DNA of 64,000 bases from Eledone cirrhosa. Taxonomy: Eukaryota. A program made the position numbers and the translations under genes. This document shows, one piece after another, positions 10,494 to 22,606 of this stretch. Each line of letters begins with the position of its first letter. Positions within the stretch are counted from its first letter, which is position 1. The DNA lies in the NCBI GenBank assembly GCA_964016885.1, contig OZ024747.1, positions 84,568,001 to 84,632,000 on the forward strand, read 5' to 3'. The notes beneath the pieces were generated by a model. It had not been told where the DNA came from. It did no database searches and saw only the letters and a list, made by a program, of their open reading frames with translations.

Positions 10494-11239
10494 TGCACGG
10501 CTCAGAAAAACCTCTTTCTTTGAGCTATTTAATTGTAAGAGACTATTTTGAGTTTCTAACTCAATATATACCTTTGATATATATACATATATAAATTTTT
10601 TTTTTTTTTTTTTTTAATGACCATGCCATTAAGGTTGTGAATGGCTTGTATGGTTATTAATTAACATCTTGTACCACACGAAACCACATTAGCAAGACAT
10701 TCTTGAAAAGTACAAAACACTATTACTGCATTATATTAAAAATTAAAGTATTACTATAATACTGCAATTGTTCAAATTTGAATCATCAAACCCATTAAAT
10801 ATTTTCGTTAGAAAATGTTAAGAGTCAAGAGATACTCCCTTTGGGGGTCTCAGAATATGCAATCTTTGTGCATCCATCCCATGCCTCCCAAGACAGGTTG
10901 CAGGCCCCTCTACTTAAGGCCTGAAAGCATCCCTTGTTAACCTGCATGAAGGACAATGCTTTTGTTTTTGTCCCACTCACTATATTGCAGTTTCAGTGGT
11001 CTTATTCGTGCCAGTCACCAATCTGGTACTTTGTCAATCCTGCGAAAACTAAGCTTTTTTAGAGGCAGCCTTTATTCACACTGTCATAGCCATGTCACTG
11101 GGCTGTGAGAGTTTCTTTGGGAGCTACAGGTGTCACTCATTGCTCCATCTCCGCTAGTAGTATACCACCGTTGGTCCAGGGTTGTTTGTTCATCTGGCAG
11201 TTGCCTGTTTATATCGCTGTCACCTGCAACCCGTTCTCT

Positions 11240-11345
11240 AGGAGACTTTGAAAAGGCATATGACCGCGTTCCTTGGGACCTGCTGTGGAAGGTTGTGCAG
11301 GAGTATGGGACTGATGGTCAGCTTCTTGCTGCCTTGATGTCTATT
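11240..11345 (+). mobile_element. RTE LINE RT fragment, same family as 4305-5215
   Basis: DFEKAYDRVPWDLLWKVVQEYGTDGQLLAALMS, near-identical to 5095-5195. Confidence 0.8.
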
Positions 11346-11855
11346 TGTAGTATTACGGTTTGCCTCCAGGTTAAAATCCTTGCCAAGATCAATGATATTG
11401 CAACTGCTGATGGAATGAGATATGTTGCATTCCTCATCATGCCCCACATATGTGCCAGTTGTAGTTGCTAGATGATGATGAGGAGGAACAAGTAAGGACT
11501 GGAAAGGTTAGTACATTGTCAATTAATTCACATCTTCATCATTTTTACATCCATTTTTCCATGCTCGCAAGTGCTAGTGGCTTCCTCTTCTATACAGCTT
11601 CTTAAGATGAGTTTTTACTGTCTGCTCACTTTTTAGACAGCGAATTGGCAGAGTCATTAGAACATGGATAGAATGCTTTGCAGTGTTTTTTCCAGCTCTC
11701 TACCAACAATCATCAACCATACACATTACATGCCTTGACCAACAGATCCTCACAGTTCTATAAAAGAGCCATTTCACAGTACAGCAAGAAGTTGTAGAAT
11801 TAAGTGTTAACTTGAATAACATGTTGTAGTAACTTTTTCTCTCTTATCTTTTCAG

Positions 11856-12091
11856 GTACAAGTCCCTGTTGTGCGCTGTTGAGTGCAGCAGCCATCAAAT
11901 TCGTGTCTACACATCTGGTGGTCTGAGCATACACCACTTCAAAGCCATCCACATCAGGGTTGTGAATTTGACCACCTCATACCCATACCTTCCAGGCTCT
12001 ACTGAATTTGTCACAAAGCCTCAAATCACCATGCCAAGAAGTGTTAATTATATACCTTTAATATCCTATTGACTACAGGAGAGCTATCTGG
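11856..12091 (+). other. Probable 3'-UTR exon 3 of the zinc-finger gene
   Basis: Strong acceptor tttttctctcttatcttttcag|G, non-repetitive and GC-richer than flanks, candidate donor CTG|gtgaga after 12091. Confidence 0.5.
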
Positions 12092-12714
12092 TGAGAGCAA
12101 GGACAAGAAGGGAATTATGAATTCAGCGACTAACATTTCAGGGAAATAACTGTGTGGATCTTACAATGGCACTTTACTGCAGTGTCACAACAGTTGGGCT
12201 TTAACACACTTCCTCCCTAACACCTACATTAGAAGATACTAGAAATATGGTCAATAATTAGGTTCTTTTTATTTCTTTGTTAGCATTTTTAGCCTGTGCA
12301 GTGGGTATTTTTTTACCATCAGGAGTGTCAACTTTATATATATATATCACAATATATATTCTTCATCCCTTATTAAAAGATTTCAGGAGTTAATATTATT
12401 ATGAAATAAGCATTTGTTTGTATCAAACATGCATTTATTTACATATTATACATATAGCCACATATATACTCTTAAAAATAATTACATACATTCACACACA
12501 CACACACATACTTGCATTTATATTTATGTATGTAATTATAGTGGATGTAACTTAAAGTTATATTTATGTTTAGTTCTCTTCAACATTCAAATTTGAATTT
12601 ATTATTATTATTATTTTCTTCCTTGAGTTCCACTGTATTTCATTTGTCTTTCTTTTTTAACCCCAGTCCCTTACCTCACCCCTTCAAAACTTCCTCATTA
12701 TAACAACAATGGCA

Positions 12715-12760
<46 letters not shown>

Positions 12761-12920
12761 TTGTGCTTTTCATAATTTTGGCTGGGTTTTACTGGCTGGA
12801 TACTCTTCCTATCACCAACCACTTTACAGCATGGACTGGGTGCATTGTTCATGCCACCAACACTAGAGACATTGTCTTACCAGACTTAAGAGTCCTCTCT
12901 ACCTTGTATATGTATGTATG

Positions 12921-12955
<35 letters not shown>

Positions 12956-15600
12956 TCTATTATGGCACTGGTGCTGTACTAAATGCATAATGGTATTTAG
13001 TTTCTGAGTTCAAATCTCAGCAACATTACTTTCCTTCCAGTCTCAGCAAAACAAACACCTGTACTTATATTATGCCTTCTGCCTAAGTAATAACCTATTA
13101 TTATCTGTAACTCGGTTTCCATTCCTGCTTGGAATTGCTTCATTTCATATTTATGTTGCTTATTGCTCTTAGAAACTGCACAACACTTTCCTACCTTTGA
13201 TTATTTCTGATTTCAAGCCTATCTAAGAAACCATTGTTTTTTTTATAGTATTGTGCAAAGGTTAATGAAATTCTTGGCAAACCAAGTTTGTGGCAGAGAT
13301 TTTGGGGGAAGCTGTTGTTCTGAGTTCGAATCATGCTGGGATCACTCACATTTATATTCCAATCCTCTTGGGCTGATAATGAAAGTACTAAAAGTAAGAT
13401 ACAAAGTCGGACATGATGCTCATCAAAAGAATTATTCCTGAAGGAATCCTTTACCTTTGAGAATCTCCCAGTGAACTTAAGTCCATGATTTGGTGTTGAA
13501 GCCATTTCACTTCTCTCATATCACTGATTATTCCTCAGAAGGAACAAAATGAACATCTAATTTTCCCCCTCACCTGTAAATCTGCCTTCTGGAAAGTAAT
13601 AATTATTATTGATTATATTGTGGATTATATACTGATTTTTTTTTTTTTTGCTGTAATAATGTTTTAATTACAGAAATATACCATGTAAATCATATCTCAC
13701 TTGTCATGTTGGGAAAACTTCAGCTATGTCTAAAATTATTTATTCTTACTAACAAATAACCAAAAGACTCTCTCTCTTTGTCTCCTTTTATTTTTTGCCA
13801 TGCATCTTGAGGTTTTCAGTGAATGGTCACCTCATTCTTGATGTCAACAGGTGCAGATATGTCAAAATAAAGAAAGTTAGGTCTTAAAATATTACTGAAG
13901 CAAGTAACCTGCCTGTTTATGACACACTTTGTTGGCATATCAGTCATATGATAGCAAACAGTGAACTCCACTACTGCAAACACTTTTTTGTTGTGTCACC
14001 AGCACTACCATCTTATAGAGTGCATTTGTAGCTGTCTTTTTTCATGTTATCAGTACAGGATGGATTAGGTGCTTTTGTTGTCGCCATATATATATATATA
14101 TATATATACACATAATAATAACATTACACAACATTATATCGGCTACCCCTACTACTCCTACATCTGTTTTGTATTCTTGAGGCCTCTTTGTCCATCATAG
14201 TCCATAAGCTCCTTGTGACCAGTCTACAACCACGATTCACTTTCCAGTTATATCTTACTACACTTGAAAGATATAAACATCACAGCTTCCACTTCCTTGC
14301 CTCTAAAATAAATATAATAGTTCACTTGTTAATAGATATTTCTGATTATAAAAGGTCAAGTAACTGACATTATGTCACTACTGCATGCTGCATGAGATTA
14401 ATAAATGTTATCCCTTGGCAAGTGTCTTCCATTATAGCCTTAGGCCAACCACCTTGTGAAACTGTCAAGAAGGCCATCACATATATATAAATGTGTGTAC
14501 GATAATTGCCACAAATGTCATATCAAAGCTGTTTATAGCCTGCAGCAACAATTGTTTTATGTTTCCTCATAAACAATATATTCAGCAGCATAGCAGTTCA
14601 ATAAGTGTTTAGCAGCATGTATGATAGAATAAGGTATAGGTGGACATTTTCCTTTAGAAAAATCTGCCAGATAAAGAGACCTATGCCCATTAAAAAAAAA
14701 AAAGAATATAAAAACTACATTCATATAAGGATTTAGCCTCTGTACAGCGGCCTTATGAAACATTATTTAATTTTGCAGTGCTCCTGTTCTTTACATCAGT
14801 AAATTGTAGCTATTAACAGGTAGACACACAGTCAGCCATTGAAAGTTAAATATCTTTTCCAGGGAGGATACTAATAGCTGTTTCTTTAGGCCAACAGCAG
14901 ATTGATCTACCTGTATACTAGTGTGTACCTGTAGATGTGTGTGTATATATATATATGTTATATATATACACACACATCGTCATCATCATACGTCTATTTT
15001 TCCGTGGTTACATGGGTTAAACAGGTTGTCATGTTATGAGACAAGTCAGATCGGATGACCCACGTCTTGCTCATACAGAACTGTATTTTGGGTTGGTTAC
15101 TACAGCAGGATGATTTTTATCGTGACACCAAAACAATTATTTAACAGGGTAGATATGGTGCTTTTTTGTCATGTGACCAGCACAACCAGCTTACAGGGTG
15201 GAGTGGAGGCTTTTTGTCGTGTCACCAGCACAACCACCTTACAAGCATGGAAAATGGACATTATATGATGATACATATAAACACACATACATACACACAC
15301 ACACACACATACATATATGTGTGTATAAGGTTTGCAGAGTTTTTGGAGTGTTAGATTTAATGCTTTTGCATTCATTCTGGCTCGCTGTGGTCTGAGTTCA
15401 AATCCTGCCGAGGTTAGCTTTGCGTTTTATCCATTTGGCATCGATAAATAAGCTCCCAGTTCAGGGCAATTATTAAAGATTCTGAAGAACTGATTTGGCT
15501 CTTTATATTCTGAGTTCAAATTCCATTTCCTTGTGCTAAGTGTTGCAACCAGCAGATAGTATCAGCAAATGGAAACATGATCAGCTTTCCATTTTTTTTC

Positions 15601-15672
<72 letters not shown>

Positions 15673-15673
15673 C

Positions 15674-15820
15674 AGTGAAGGCGCATGGCTTAGTGGTTAG
15701 AGCATTGGGCTTGCAATCGAAAGGTTGTGAATTCAATTCTCGGACTGGGTGATGTGTTGTTTCCTTGAGCAAGACACTTTATTTCACGTTGCTCCAGTTT
15801 ACTCAGCTGTAGAAATGAAA
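15674..15820 (+). mobile_element. tRNA-headed SINE (second family); further copies ~16404, 17242, 27340, 58490, 60700
   Basis: A-box-like tggcttagtggttag, B-box-like ttcaattc, conserved ccttgagcaagacactttatttcacgttgctccag body. Confidence 0.75.
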
Positions 15821-16046
15821 TGATAGGACTGGGGTCCCTATCTTTAAAATTACCCAAGACACCTCCAACAAGATATACCTTGGAAGAAGCCAGCTAAAAC
15901 TGCATAGGTATGAGCTGTCACACACACATGCTCACACCCATAAACATAACATCCATGTATAGTAAAGGTTTAAATACAATTAAATGGGCTTTATTTGTAT
16001 ATATTTTAGCTATTTGTTAGCTCGCAACTACTAAAGCTCATAGAAG

Positions 16047-16110
16047 TATTTCATCTGATAACTGTTTGCGACTTAACTGAAGTAGTTGTCCCACAGCTGT
16101 CTGTGGGGTG
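16047..16110 (+). ncRNA. Decayed hammerhead-like motif
   Basis: tatttcat-CTGATAA-...-GAAG-tagttg/cagctg-TC-tgtggggtg. Same layout as 10231-10309 but with core mutations. Confidence 0.4.
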
Positions 16111-17365
16111 ACTTAGAAATATTTCCAAAAATGCCTTGTACACATGTATTCTCTGCTTTCAGTAAGGAGAAACACTTAATGAATTTTTCTCAATGTAATT
16201 CTTGTAATAGAACTTCTTTGTTCTAGAATTTTATAATTTTTTATATATTTAATATGATTTATGCCAGAGAAAAAAACAATTTAATTTTTGGTATTTTTTT
16301 TCCCTCTTTTCTTTCCATACACACTGTTTTATGTTCTGTAGTTTTACTCAAAGTTCAAAAATGTAAGCAAATCTATTGTAGTGTCTCTTATACAAGACAC
16401 CTAGTGAAGGTGCATGGCCTAGTGGTTAGAGTGTTAGGCTCACAGTTGTAATATCATGAGTTTGATTCCTGTACTGGGCAGTGTTTTGTATACTTGAGCA
16501 GGACACATTGTTTCATATTGCTGGTAAAAATAGGTTGCAACTCACTGCTGCCAACCTGTATCGGCCTATGCCTTTCTCTTGACCAACATTGAATGGGTAG
16601 AGTGCAGAGACTGACATGCTAGGGCAACTGCTGGTCTTCCACAAAACATTTTGCCCAAGCTCGTGCTTTGGAGAGGAATTTTCCAGGTGCAAATCCATGG
16701 TATTAATGTCTTGTCGTGTTATGTCATACAAGACGTCTTACAGCACATGATTAAGTAGTTTGTAATAGAACACTTATCGTAAACTTTTGAAATTTGAGTA
16801 AATATCTTACATTTACAGAACTCTCCAAACATGTAAAGGTGGATAGAAAATGATTTTCTGTGTAGAACTATATATTATAAAAAAATGTTTGTCTCTGTGT
16901 AGATCAAATTTAACTGTAAAAAAATATTGAATGGCTCTTAGAATAGATTACCAGTTATATTTTAACCAAAATACATTACATACCTCTTTTGAAATCAATC
17001 CACCTGAAGCTGCCTTGGTTCTATGATAGAAAACTAGCTGTTTTTAAATTTTTATACTTATATTAAAACCTTCCAGCAAATTTTTTTTAAGAAGCCCAAA
17101 TACCAGCAAAGTTGTGAAGAAGTTAGTTGCTTCGTTAGAGATACAGTAACAAAAGTTTGTTTTTAATGCATAACTAATTACAACACAGTCACCACCCTTG
17201 AGGATTTAAAAAATTATTCATTCCTCCATATGAACCCTTTAGGTGAGGGTACATAGCCTAGTAGTAAAGGTGTTAGACTCACGATCATTAGGTCATAGGT
17301 TTGATTTGTGGACTAGGCTGTATGTTGTATTCCTGAGCAACACACTTCATTTTATGTTGCTTTTC

Positions 17366-17673
17366 ATGATATGACTAGGGCTCCTGTCATTAAAATACCT
17401 GAGAAACCTATCAGATACAACCTTGTAGGAGACCAACTAAACCTGAATAGGTGTGAGTTATAACAGCAACATAATAGGACTGAGGCCCCCATCATTAAAA
17501 CACCCAAGAAACTTGCTATAAGGTACAACCTTGTAGTAGACCAGCTACATGTGCATAGCTGTGAGTTATAATAACATGATATGACTGAGGCCCCTATCAT
17601 TAAAACACCAGACAAAGCTGTACGATACAACCTTGTAGGAGACCAGGTAAATTTGCATAGATGCGAGCTGTAA
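17366..17673 (+). repeat. Three diverged tandem copies of a 105-bp unit attached to a SINE
   Basis: Units start at 17366, 17471 and 17576 (…gactgaggcccc.atcattaaaacacc…tacaaccttgtag…). A single copy occurs at ~58580. Confidence 0.85.
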
Positions 17674-18164
17674 ATTTAAATTTTTTTATTATTATTATTA
17701 TTACATAAAAATAATAAGCTGCAACACAAGCCTTTACAGTTTTCTTTGTACCAAATCCTAACATCATTGTTGACTGCTCTTTTATTAGATGAAAATGGTT
17801 ATACTTTTGCTTCTGTCATCCATTTTTTCACTGCCACAACTCTACATTTTTATTGTTGTTGTCTGTGTTTGTTTGTTTTAGTTTTTTTTTTAATGAAAAG
17901 TTAATATCAATGAGCAGTCAGAAAAGGACAGACTTATGCTCTTCTTCCATCCACCAACTTTCCTAAATTATTAGTCATTAGAATGTTTGGTTGTGAAATA
18001 TTATTAAACATATATATATATATAGTTTATTACAGCTTTCTGTAATATGATTTGCACATGACAAAATTGAGCATAGTTTTTGTAAGGTATATACATGTAT
18101 GTATATCTCTACATATACATCTACGTATGTATGTGTATATACACACACATATATATATATATAT

Positions 18165-18290
18165 ATGATGGCTGCCCCCTCGTTATCGAGTATGGCCATT
18201 GCACGATATACCATTATTAATAATTATGAATTAATTCTATCGTGCAATGCCTGTGCGTGAAGATATTTTTTAAAGTGAGGAAAGACTAAT
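18165..18290 (-). mobile_element. Probable LINE/SINE 3'-end fragment with 12-bp perfect stem-loop
   Basis: cattgcacgata (18197-18208) / tatcgtgcaatg (18238-18249); abuts a microsatellite tail. Confidence 0.45.
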
Positions 18291-18969
18291 GTTATCAGTT
18301 CAATTCCAGGACAGACAGCTGCATTGTGTTCTTGAGCAAAACACTTTTTCACATTGCTTCAGTACACTCAGCTAAGAGTGAGTACCAGCAGTAACTGGGA
18401 AGTTAAATCCTGTGATAGACTGGTGTCCTAACCAGGGAGAGTCTTTTACTCTCAGTCGCTTAAAGCCAAAGAAACCGTGGATAATCACCAGCCTGATGAG
18501 ACTGCATCTTAGAATATATATATATATATATATAATATTAAGCATCTGTGTTTGTTGTACTTTGTTGAAACATGTTCAATTAAGTCATTAGTAACATTTT
18601 ATTTTTTATGTCTTCTTGTCGGTGTTTTACCAGTACTAATGCTAACAAACTAGCAACAAATGGCATTTATTTAATATTCAATCTTATATACATATATTTT
18701 TCCTATTTTATTGTTCAATGTTATTTTTTTTTTCCTATTTTCTTTCTTTATTTTTGTCCTATTTATAACAAAATGATTGTCCAAACTAATATTATGGTAA
18801 ATATCACCCTGAGAACAGTCATATTTCTTGTTGGTTATTTTTGTTTATTCTTTTATTGGTTTCAGTCATTATACTGCTGTCATGCTGGAACACTGCCTTG
18901 ACACAAGCATTTATTTTATCAATCTCTATTTTTGGGCCACTAAGTTACAGGAGACACAAATGATGATTG

Positions 18970-19325
18970 ATTGTGAATAGAAACAATAGAAATTAGATGC
19001 CTTTGAAGGGTCTTTGGATTAACATTACTTAATAGAGTGTGTAACTTGGATATCACGAGTCACTCCAGGTAGAGCCACTACTTCTCCACATTGAGAAATA
19101 TCAGCTCTGGTACTATGGACATGTGGTTAAAATGTCTAAGAAAAAAAATCACATGACATATAGGCAAAGCCAACCAGTAGGAGACCCAGAGGTCAACCAC
19201 AAGCAAGATGATTGAATAACATCTATAAGCTCAGTTGGTCATGGTTGATTTTCTTGGGATTCTCTGGAAAATATTTCTGAGGACTACTACAACAACCTTC
19301 TCAAGAATAAGTGGACATGAGAAAA
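18970..19325 (+). mobile_element. RTE LINE 3'-terminal ORF2 remnant
   Basis: RIETIEIRCL*RVFGLTLLNRV; SLQVEPLLLHIEKYQLWYYGHVVKM; RRPRGQP. Confidence 0.75.
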
Positions 19326-19347
19326 GAAAAAGAAGTATATATGTATA

Positions 19348-20170
19348 CGAGGGAGCTTCAAAAAGTTTGGGAAAAGGACAGTTGGAAAAAACTGTTTAAG
19401 TTGTGATGTTTATTTTTCAGCATATGCTCCATCTAGGTCAATACATTTCTGCAAGCGTTGATACCAGCCTGTAAGTCCATCTGTGTAAAACTGAGGGCAG
19501 TGTGATTTAAACCTCGTCAAAGCAGCTTTTTTTACATCTTCAACTTCATCTTTTCCACATCTAAAACGACTTATCCATTTGTAGGTTGTTGATTTTTTTG
19601 GAGGGCATTGTCCCCATAAACTTGCCTCAGGTTTTTTTTTTTTATATACTTGACAGGGCGTGAGGGTCTAGGAACTCTCTTCTTTTTCTTTTAGTATTTC
19701 GTCTAACTGTGATTAACCGGTGAGCGGTGGGAGAAGTAAGACACCTCCGCCAGTCTGAGTGTTCGCCTTGGGTAAGAATAGTATGCTCTAACCCCCCCAG
19801 TGCAGGGACACACAAAATATTATATTTAATTAACAATTGTGTACTAACATTGTTTTCTAAAGAGAGAAAAATAGGACCCGAAGTGCGCTGAGGACTGGTG
19901 TCCGAGCGGTGCTTGAACATCTACTTTATTTATAGCACATTTTAATCTACGGGATGGACACTGGGCGCGTCGCTATCGGTGTGGCCCGTGGGACCGCCCA
20001 CATAAAATATAGGGAATGGCGCCTTACTTATGCGTCAATGCTTTGGCTGCTCTTCCACCCTAGCTTCACCATGAATTTGATGGAGGCCATGTTGTTGCTT
20101 TAAGCAGGTGCTGACTTCCGACTGAAAATCCAATAGTAAACAGTCATGTAAATACTAAAGGCTTAATACG
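19348..20170 (-). mobile_element. Internally deleted mariner, Hsmar2/irritans-like, interrupted by a 400-bp insertion
   Basis: TA+CGAGGGAGCTTCAAAAAGT terminus. Minus strand encodes IKFMVKLGWKS..IDA|LRQVYGDNA..KWISRFRCGKDEVED fused to VKKAALTRFKSHCPQFYTDGLTGWYQRLQKCIDLDGAYAEK*. Right end uncertain. Confidence 0.85.
19632..20031 (-). mobile_element. Unclassified CpG-rich 400-bp insertion with terminal A-tract and no TSD
   Basis: Removing it restores the mariner frame (cctcagg|gcgtcaatg = ..IDA LRQ..). T12 at left end. Confidence 0.65.
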
Positions 20171-20390
20171 TATGAGGATCACAGACTTCCTATTTCCCTT
20201 CCCTTAGAGTTCTTGTGATTCTTGACTATATTGGGATAATATATATGGTGGAGAATTGAGTTAAATATCTTACATTATCTGTTGTATTGCTTAGGGTTTC
20301 AATGATAAGTTGTTCAAACAATGGAACAACCTGCTCATGAATTTAACATAACTGGCTGAACATTCCACATACACGTATACCAATAACGTA

Positions 20391-20553
20391 CAAGGGTCGG
20401 CTGAAAAGTTCATAGGATGACCAAATGAGGTTTATTTTTCAACATGTTACCTGGACAATGCAGTTATTAATAAGAAGAGTTGAAATTAATACATGCAAGA
20501 TTTCACAGCGTTGGCACCAACTTCATAGTCATGAACTTTTCAACCTACCCACG
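20391..20553. mobile_element. Tc1/mariner-type MITE
   Basis: TA on both sides; TIRs caagggtcggctgaaaagttcat / atgaacttttcaacctacccacg. Confidence 0.75.
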
Positions 20554-20584
20554 TAATTCTCGGAGATTTTGTTTGATACACTGA

Positions 20585-20960
20585 TAATAATAATAATGAA
20601 ATTATTGTGTACAGTGCTCAGGTGCACTACAACTCGTCAAAGGTTCATGTATAGTACTTAGAATAATGTACAAATGTCAGGGAAATAACAATGTATGAGT
20701 CATGAAATATGTGTGCGTGTGTATGGATGGGGGACATCAGATGTAGTGTTGGTGAATCTCCGGAAGTTTTAAAGGATGCAGTGTCTCGACAGCTTATAAC
20801 TGATGCAGGTAGTTTGTTCCATGCTTCAGCAACTCTGAGCGTGAAAAAATGTTTCCAAAAGTCATGGGAGCTGTGCTGTTTTCTGACTTTGTAGGCATGC
20901 CCACATGTGTTAGACACATGGAAATCCAAAAGGTGCTCAGGGTTGTTGTTGGCTGTCCCT
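20585..20960 (-). mobile_element. CR1-clade LINE 3' end with (ATT)n tail
   Basis: TCGHAYKVRKQHSSHDFWKHFFTLRVAEAWNKLPASVISCRDTASFK matches the CR1 ORF2 C-terminus (RGH..KL...FF..RV...WN.LP). Confidence 0.85.
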
Positions 20961-21466
20961 TTAATTTACTGGTACAAAAGCTTTGTATCATAGAAAAGAG
21001 AACAGTTTGTTAATAAAAGGGTTAACGATTCTTTTTATCATGAATTACATTTATTGTCCACGTGATTATTTCATCCTTTAACTATTTTAGACCTTGTGAG
21101 GTATTGCTGAGCAAGGTACATAACTCTGTATACCCCAGTTTGCTCAAATTAGGCACAGACTTCATTTAGCATTTAAAAGACATACAATATATTTATCATA
21201 CAAATTTTGAAAAAGATACCGAGCTAATACAGATAAATGTACAATAAACACTAAAAAAAATAGTATAGATTGTTTTTTGAAAAATGTTTAATAGAGAAGA
21301 CCCGCCTTACCTAAATACAAAGTAAACCTACTACAGCCAGTAGGCATCTCTAACAAAATACACCCCCCACCCCATCTACACCGCCCCTTTCAATGTAAAG
21401 TTATGTTGGTGCCACACCATCCAGGCCGAAACAAATGAGATCGTGTAGGTGTCACGACAAAAAACA

Positions 21467-21795
21467 CAGTCCACACTGTAATGTGGCCGTGTAGGCAACA
21501 TGGTAAAAACCTCCCAGCCCCACACTGTAAATGTGGTTGGTGTTAGGAAGGGCATCCTGCTGTAGAAAACCTGCCAGACAGTCCACGCTGTAATGTGGCC
21601 GTGTAGGCAACACGGTAAAAACCTCCCAGCCCCACACTGTAAATGTGGTTGGTGTTAGGAAGGGCATCCAGCTGTAGAAAACCCGCCAGACAGTCCTATG
21701 CGAGCAAGACAAACACTCTTGCCTCAAGTGGGAAAACCCCCGTCCAAACCCATGCAAGCGTGGAACACGGACGTTAAACGTTGATGATGATGATG
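21467..21795 (+). mobile_element. RTE-related SINE with internal 112-bp tandem duplication and (GAT)n tail
   Basis: Units start at 21467 and 21579. Ends ccatgcaagcgtggaacacggacgttaaacgttgatgatga, like the RTE 3' end at 22607-22670 (minus). Confidence 0.7.
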
Positions 21796-22606
21796 ATTGA
21801 AGACTTTCATACCAACCTATCTGAAACTACCCGAGGTTCTATAACACAGTTGTTTATTTGTGTCATGATTTAACCCTTTCACTACCATATTTCTAATGAA
21901 AGGCATTGCCTATCATTTTCAAATTATTTTGAAAATAATCAAGAATTTAGAATATAATTAACTTTCTCATGTTTGGAACATAACTTCACAAAGATCCTTA
22001 CATAAAATTATGATGGAAGGTTTTATATAAATATAAACATTTAAAAATAAAGTACCAGTAATGCACTGTGCGATTTAATCGACCTTCCCCTCCCTAAAAA
22101 TTGATGGCCTTGTGCCTAAATCATAATGTTGTTTTCAGTGAGATTCAGACTGACACAGAATGTGGCAAGGCTGGTCCTTTGAGTTACAACTCGTTTTTAC
22201 CAGCTGAGTGGACTGGGGCAACGGGAAATAAAGTGTTTTCTCCAAGAGCATGTGTCACCAAGAATCAAACTCATGAGCTGAATACCCTAACCACTAAGCC
22301 ATGTGTCTTCCCTACATGTGTATGTATGTATATATATATACACACACAAAACAGGCTTCTTTCGTTTCTATCTACTAAATTCATTCACAAAGCCATTAAA
22401 TAAAATACTTTGGTACAGACAACATGAGAAGGTTAAAGTAACTATTACAAAACTTTAAAAAATATAATTAACAGTAAATATGTACAAGACGGTGATGAAT
22501 TTGTAAAAGCTGAAAAAAATATTAAGCATTTTTCAAAATGGTAACTGGTTTTGCCACTCGTGCTATATTTAGCTTTTAGAATAGAAAGAACGTGTCATTT
22601 TGATGA

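Noticed and set aside
13249-13323. Possible terminal coding exon YCAKVNEILGKPSLWQRFWGKLLF*
   Set aside because: Good acceptor, but no upstream open frame connects to it; treated as a possible UTR exon.
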